A stretch of DNA of 64,000 bases from Sminthopsis crassicaudata (Eukaryota): NCBI RefSeq assembly GCF_048593235.1, contig NC_133623.1, positions 57,378,066 through 57,442,065 on the forward strand. The letters are read 5' to 3'. This document shows positions 61,484-64,000 of this stretch, piece by piece (the stretch's first letter is position 1; each line of letters opens with the position of its first letter). Under the pieces are notes generated by a model. That model was not told the DNA's origin. It searched no databases and saw only the letters and a list, made by a program, of their open reading frames with translations. The translations under genes were made by a program, and so were the position numbers.

Positions 61484-61682
61484 ATGGCCCACATGCCGGG
61501 AGGCCCTGGGGAAGTGGACAACATGGAGGGGCCCCCTTCTATCAATAACAACAACCCTACCCGATGGGAGAGCCCTGAGCGGGCCTGGGACCGGGAGCCC
61601 ACGGCGGCCCCAGCACCAGCTTCCGGATCAGCCAACGCAGCCGCCTCACTCTTCGAGTGTTCCCGGATCAAGGCCTTGGCAG
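61484..61682 (+). CDS. SPTBN4: Spectrin beta chain non-erythrocytic 4 (betaIV-spectrin), first coding exon (MAHMPGGPGEVDNMEG...LFECSRIKALA)
   Basis: Acceptor cccaaAG (exon starts 61468), ATG 61484, CAG|GTGGAT donor, 199 nt phase 1. Confidence 0.95.
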
Positions 61683-61872
61683 GTGGATGGTGGGAGGCCG
61701 GGGAGCCAGGGCAAGTGGGGCAGGAGGTCGGGGCTTTGGGACAGGATAAGACCAGAACCCAGGGGACCGAGGCAGTGGGGAGCTCAGGGCCATGACATTG
61801 TGGGAGGCTGGGCACGGGAGGCTGACGGGTCCGGCTGGACTGGGGAAGAAGCAGGGTGACCTTGCTCCCTAG

Positions 61873-62024
61873 ATGAGCGGGAGGCGGTGCAGAAGAAGAC
61901 ATTCACCAAGTGGGTGAATTCTCACCTGGGCCGTGTGGGCTGCCGCATCAGTGACCTGTACGGAGACTTGCGTGATGGTTATGTGCTCACCCGACTTCTG
62001 GAGGTGCTGTCAGGAGAGCAGCTG
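61873..62024 (+). CDS. SPTBN4: SPTBN4 exon 3, CH1 domain ([19 protein letters not shown]...LSGEQL)
   Basis: ccctAG acceptor, CTG|GTGAGG donor, 152 nt. Confidence 0.97.
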
Positions 62025-62140
62025 GTGAGGAGAGCTTGGGCTGGGGCTGCCTGGGGAGCAGGAGACCCAGGGAGTTGGACCGCTGGGGGCGGCCGGGAAA
62101 GGATAGCTCTGCATTCCCTGTCCACCCCCTTCCTCCCCAG

Positions 62141-62314
62141 CCACGGCCCACACGGGGCCGGATGAGGATCCACTCCCTGGAGAACGTGGACAAGGCGTTG
62201 CAGTTCCTGAAGGAGCAGCGCGTGCACCTGGAGAATGTGGGCTCCCATGACATTGTGGATGGGAACCACCGGCTCACCCTGGGGCTGGTCTGGACCATCA
62301 TTCTTCGCTTCCAG
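62141..62314 (+). CDS. SPTBN4: SPTBN4 exon 4, CH1 domain ([20 protein letters not shown]...IILRFQ); gene continues beyond the window
   Basis: ctccccAG acceptor, CAG|GTACTG donor, 174 nt. Confidence 0.97.
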
Positions 62315-62320
62315 GTACTG

Positions 62321-63320
62321 ATGACCCAGAATCCTGTCTCCCCCAGGGAGAGTGGAAGTATTGTCCTGATACGGAACCTTCTCTCTGCCCCTGTCCCTTG
62401 TTCTGACCTTGAAATTCCTCTGTGAAGGCAGGAGTCTTTCCTGACCCACAGCCCAAATCCAGTGTCCTACATAAAACTCTCAAACTCTTGGACCTCAGAA
62501 GTCAATTCTCATTTCTTGCGCCATGAACCCGGGATGCTTACCTTGACCCAGAACTCAAGCCTAGAACCCTCATCTAGACATTTACAACTCTTGTTCTGAC
62601 CTATAATTCAGTCCTGCAAAATCTTCCCTCATTCAGGAATCTGAAACATTCACTGTGACCTAGAATGACTAACCATCTGTCTGGAAATCTCACTTTGACC
62701 CAGAATTCAATTCCTGTACTCGTCTAGGAGATTTAATCTTTCAACCTGACTTAGAACTCAATCTCAGAATTTGCAACTCTTACCTAGACCCAGAATTCCA
62801 GTAAAATTCCCAACTGGAAATAAGACCCAACACAAGAATCTCTCCTCCCTCCTCCCCAAGATTTGAAATACTTACCTTGACCTAGAACCACCAGCAGGGA
62901 GTCTTAAAAAACCCACTTTACTTTGAACTAGAACATTCTCCTTCTTGAGAATCTGGAATTCTTGTTGTGATCCAGATTCTAAAACTCCCTGTGCCTAAGG
63001 AGGCTACAATTTTCATCCCTACTCAGAACCATTTCTGGAACCTGAAGACCCTGAGAATCTGAAACTTTCATTTTGACTCAGAGACGATCCCATAATTTCC
63101 AATAACATAGAACTTTCTCCTCTTCCTTTTAGAATATAGGAATAACAGTGATACCCTAATATTACCCTCTGGTTCCCTAGAATTCTGAAGTGTTTACCCT
63201 AACCTAGAACCCATACCTGGGGATCTGAAAGATTCATTTTGAACTACAGCATTCCCCTACTTAGGAGTCTAGGACTCTTGGACTTTCATCCTGTCCAGGA
63301 ACAAACTCAGAATTTTCCCT
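62321..63320. repeat. Old degenerate tandem array (about 45-55 bp) with recurring TGACCYAGAA core
   Basis: Exact core at 62322, 62544, 62656, 62696, 62878 plus many near matches. Confidence 0.6.
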
Positions 63321-63859
63321 TGGTAACCTTTCCTCCCTCCCACTAGCAATCAAGTTATTTTTCCCCCTCTATCCCAATTGTACAATTGCTGGACAACCGA
63401 TGTCTGCCTCAACTTGTCCAACTGTAAAATGGGTATTAATCTTTACCTCCCAGGCTTGTTGTTAGGATAAAATAAGATATTTATAAAGTGCTTAGCATAG
63501 TATGTGATACCCAGTAGTCACAAATAAGTGCATGTTCCATTCTCCTTCCTTCCCAAATATTCATAATCAAACAAAAGAAAATTATCCTATTGGTAATGTC
63601 CCAAAAATGTATGTTTCATTCTGTATATTTAGTCCCTTATCTTTCTTGTCATTTTATCTATTATAAAGGTGATTATCTATTTCTACTGATATACATTTTT
63701 AACATCACCTATATTTTTTATTTTATATAGATATCTATTTCTTGTCATTTGATCTATTCCCCAGTCCCTCCCCCAAAGGCACCTTTTATAATAAACATTT
63801 TAACATAATATAATTTAATATATAATATTATCATATATATTATTTAATGTAATAATAGC

Positions 63860-64000
63860 ATTTTTTTTCTCATTACACGTACAATTTTCAACATTCATCT
63901 CCATAAGATTTTGAGTTCCAAATTTTTCTTCCTCCCTCCCCTCCCTTTCCCAAGATGCCAAGCAATCTGATATAGATTAAGCATGTGCAATCATGTGAAA
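63860..64000 (-). mobile_element. L1 3' end fragment, runs off the window
   Basis: ttttttctcattac...aacattcat...ttttgagttccaaattttt...cctccc...aagcaatctgatata. Confidence 0.65.

Overview
Marsupial genomic DNA, probably a dasyurid judging by WSINE1-like tRNA-headed SINEs and marsupial L1 3' ends. It is syntenic with human 19q13.2 and holds, left to right: HIPK4 (-, 4 coding exons, 628 aa, intact kinase motifs), a ~3.3 kb 43-44 bp minisatellite, PRX/periaxin (-, 4 canonical coding exons, 1579 aa L-form plus an intron-retention S-form of 165 aa), SERTAD1 (-, 221 aa), SERTAD3 (-, 183 aa as assembled), BLVRB (-, 5 exons, 207 aa) and the 5' end of SPTBN4 (+, non-coding exon 1 and coding exons 2-4). 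Intergenic and intronic DNA is full of MIR, L2, L3/CR1, L1 and SINE fragments, several with readable target-site duplications, and there are three N gaps. Main observations: (1) SERTAD3 stops early, with its conserved C-terminal motif sitting intact but out of frame just downstream; a 2-bp TG slip would explain it. (2) The three '5'UTR' exons of PRX splice into one stop-free frame continuous with the canonical ATG, and a candidate upstream exon supplies strong-Kozak ATGs in the right phase, giving a possible 122-145 aa N-terminal extension. (3) The S-periaxin intron read-through is conserved but longer. (4) The PRX-HIPK4 minisatellite carries TATA, GATA and, in its PRX-proximal part, splice-donor-like variants. 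(5) BLVRB has a GC-AG intron 1 and an Ala inserted next to His153 through an acceptor shift. (6) There is a possible poly-Gly overlapping uORF in SPTBN4. All comparisons with human proteins are from memory and need database confirmation; no searches were run.
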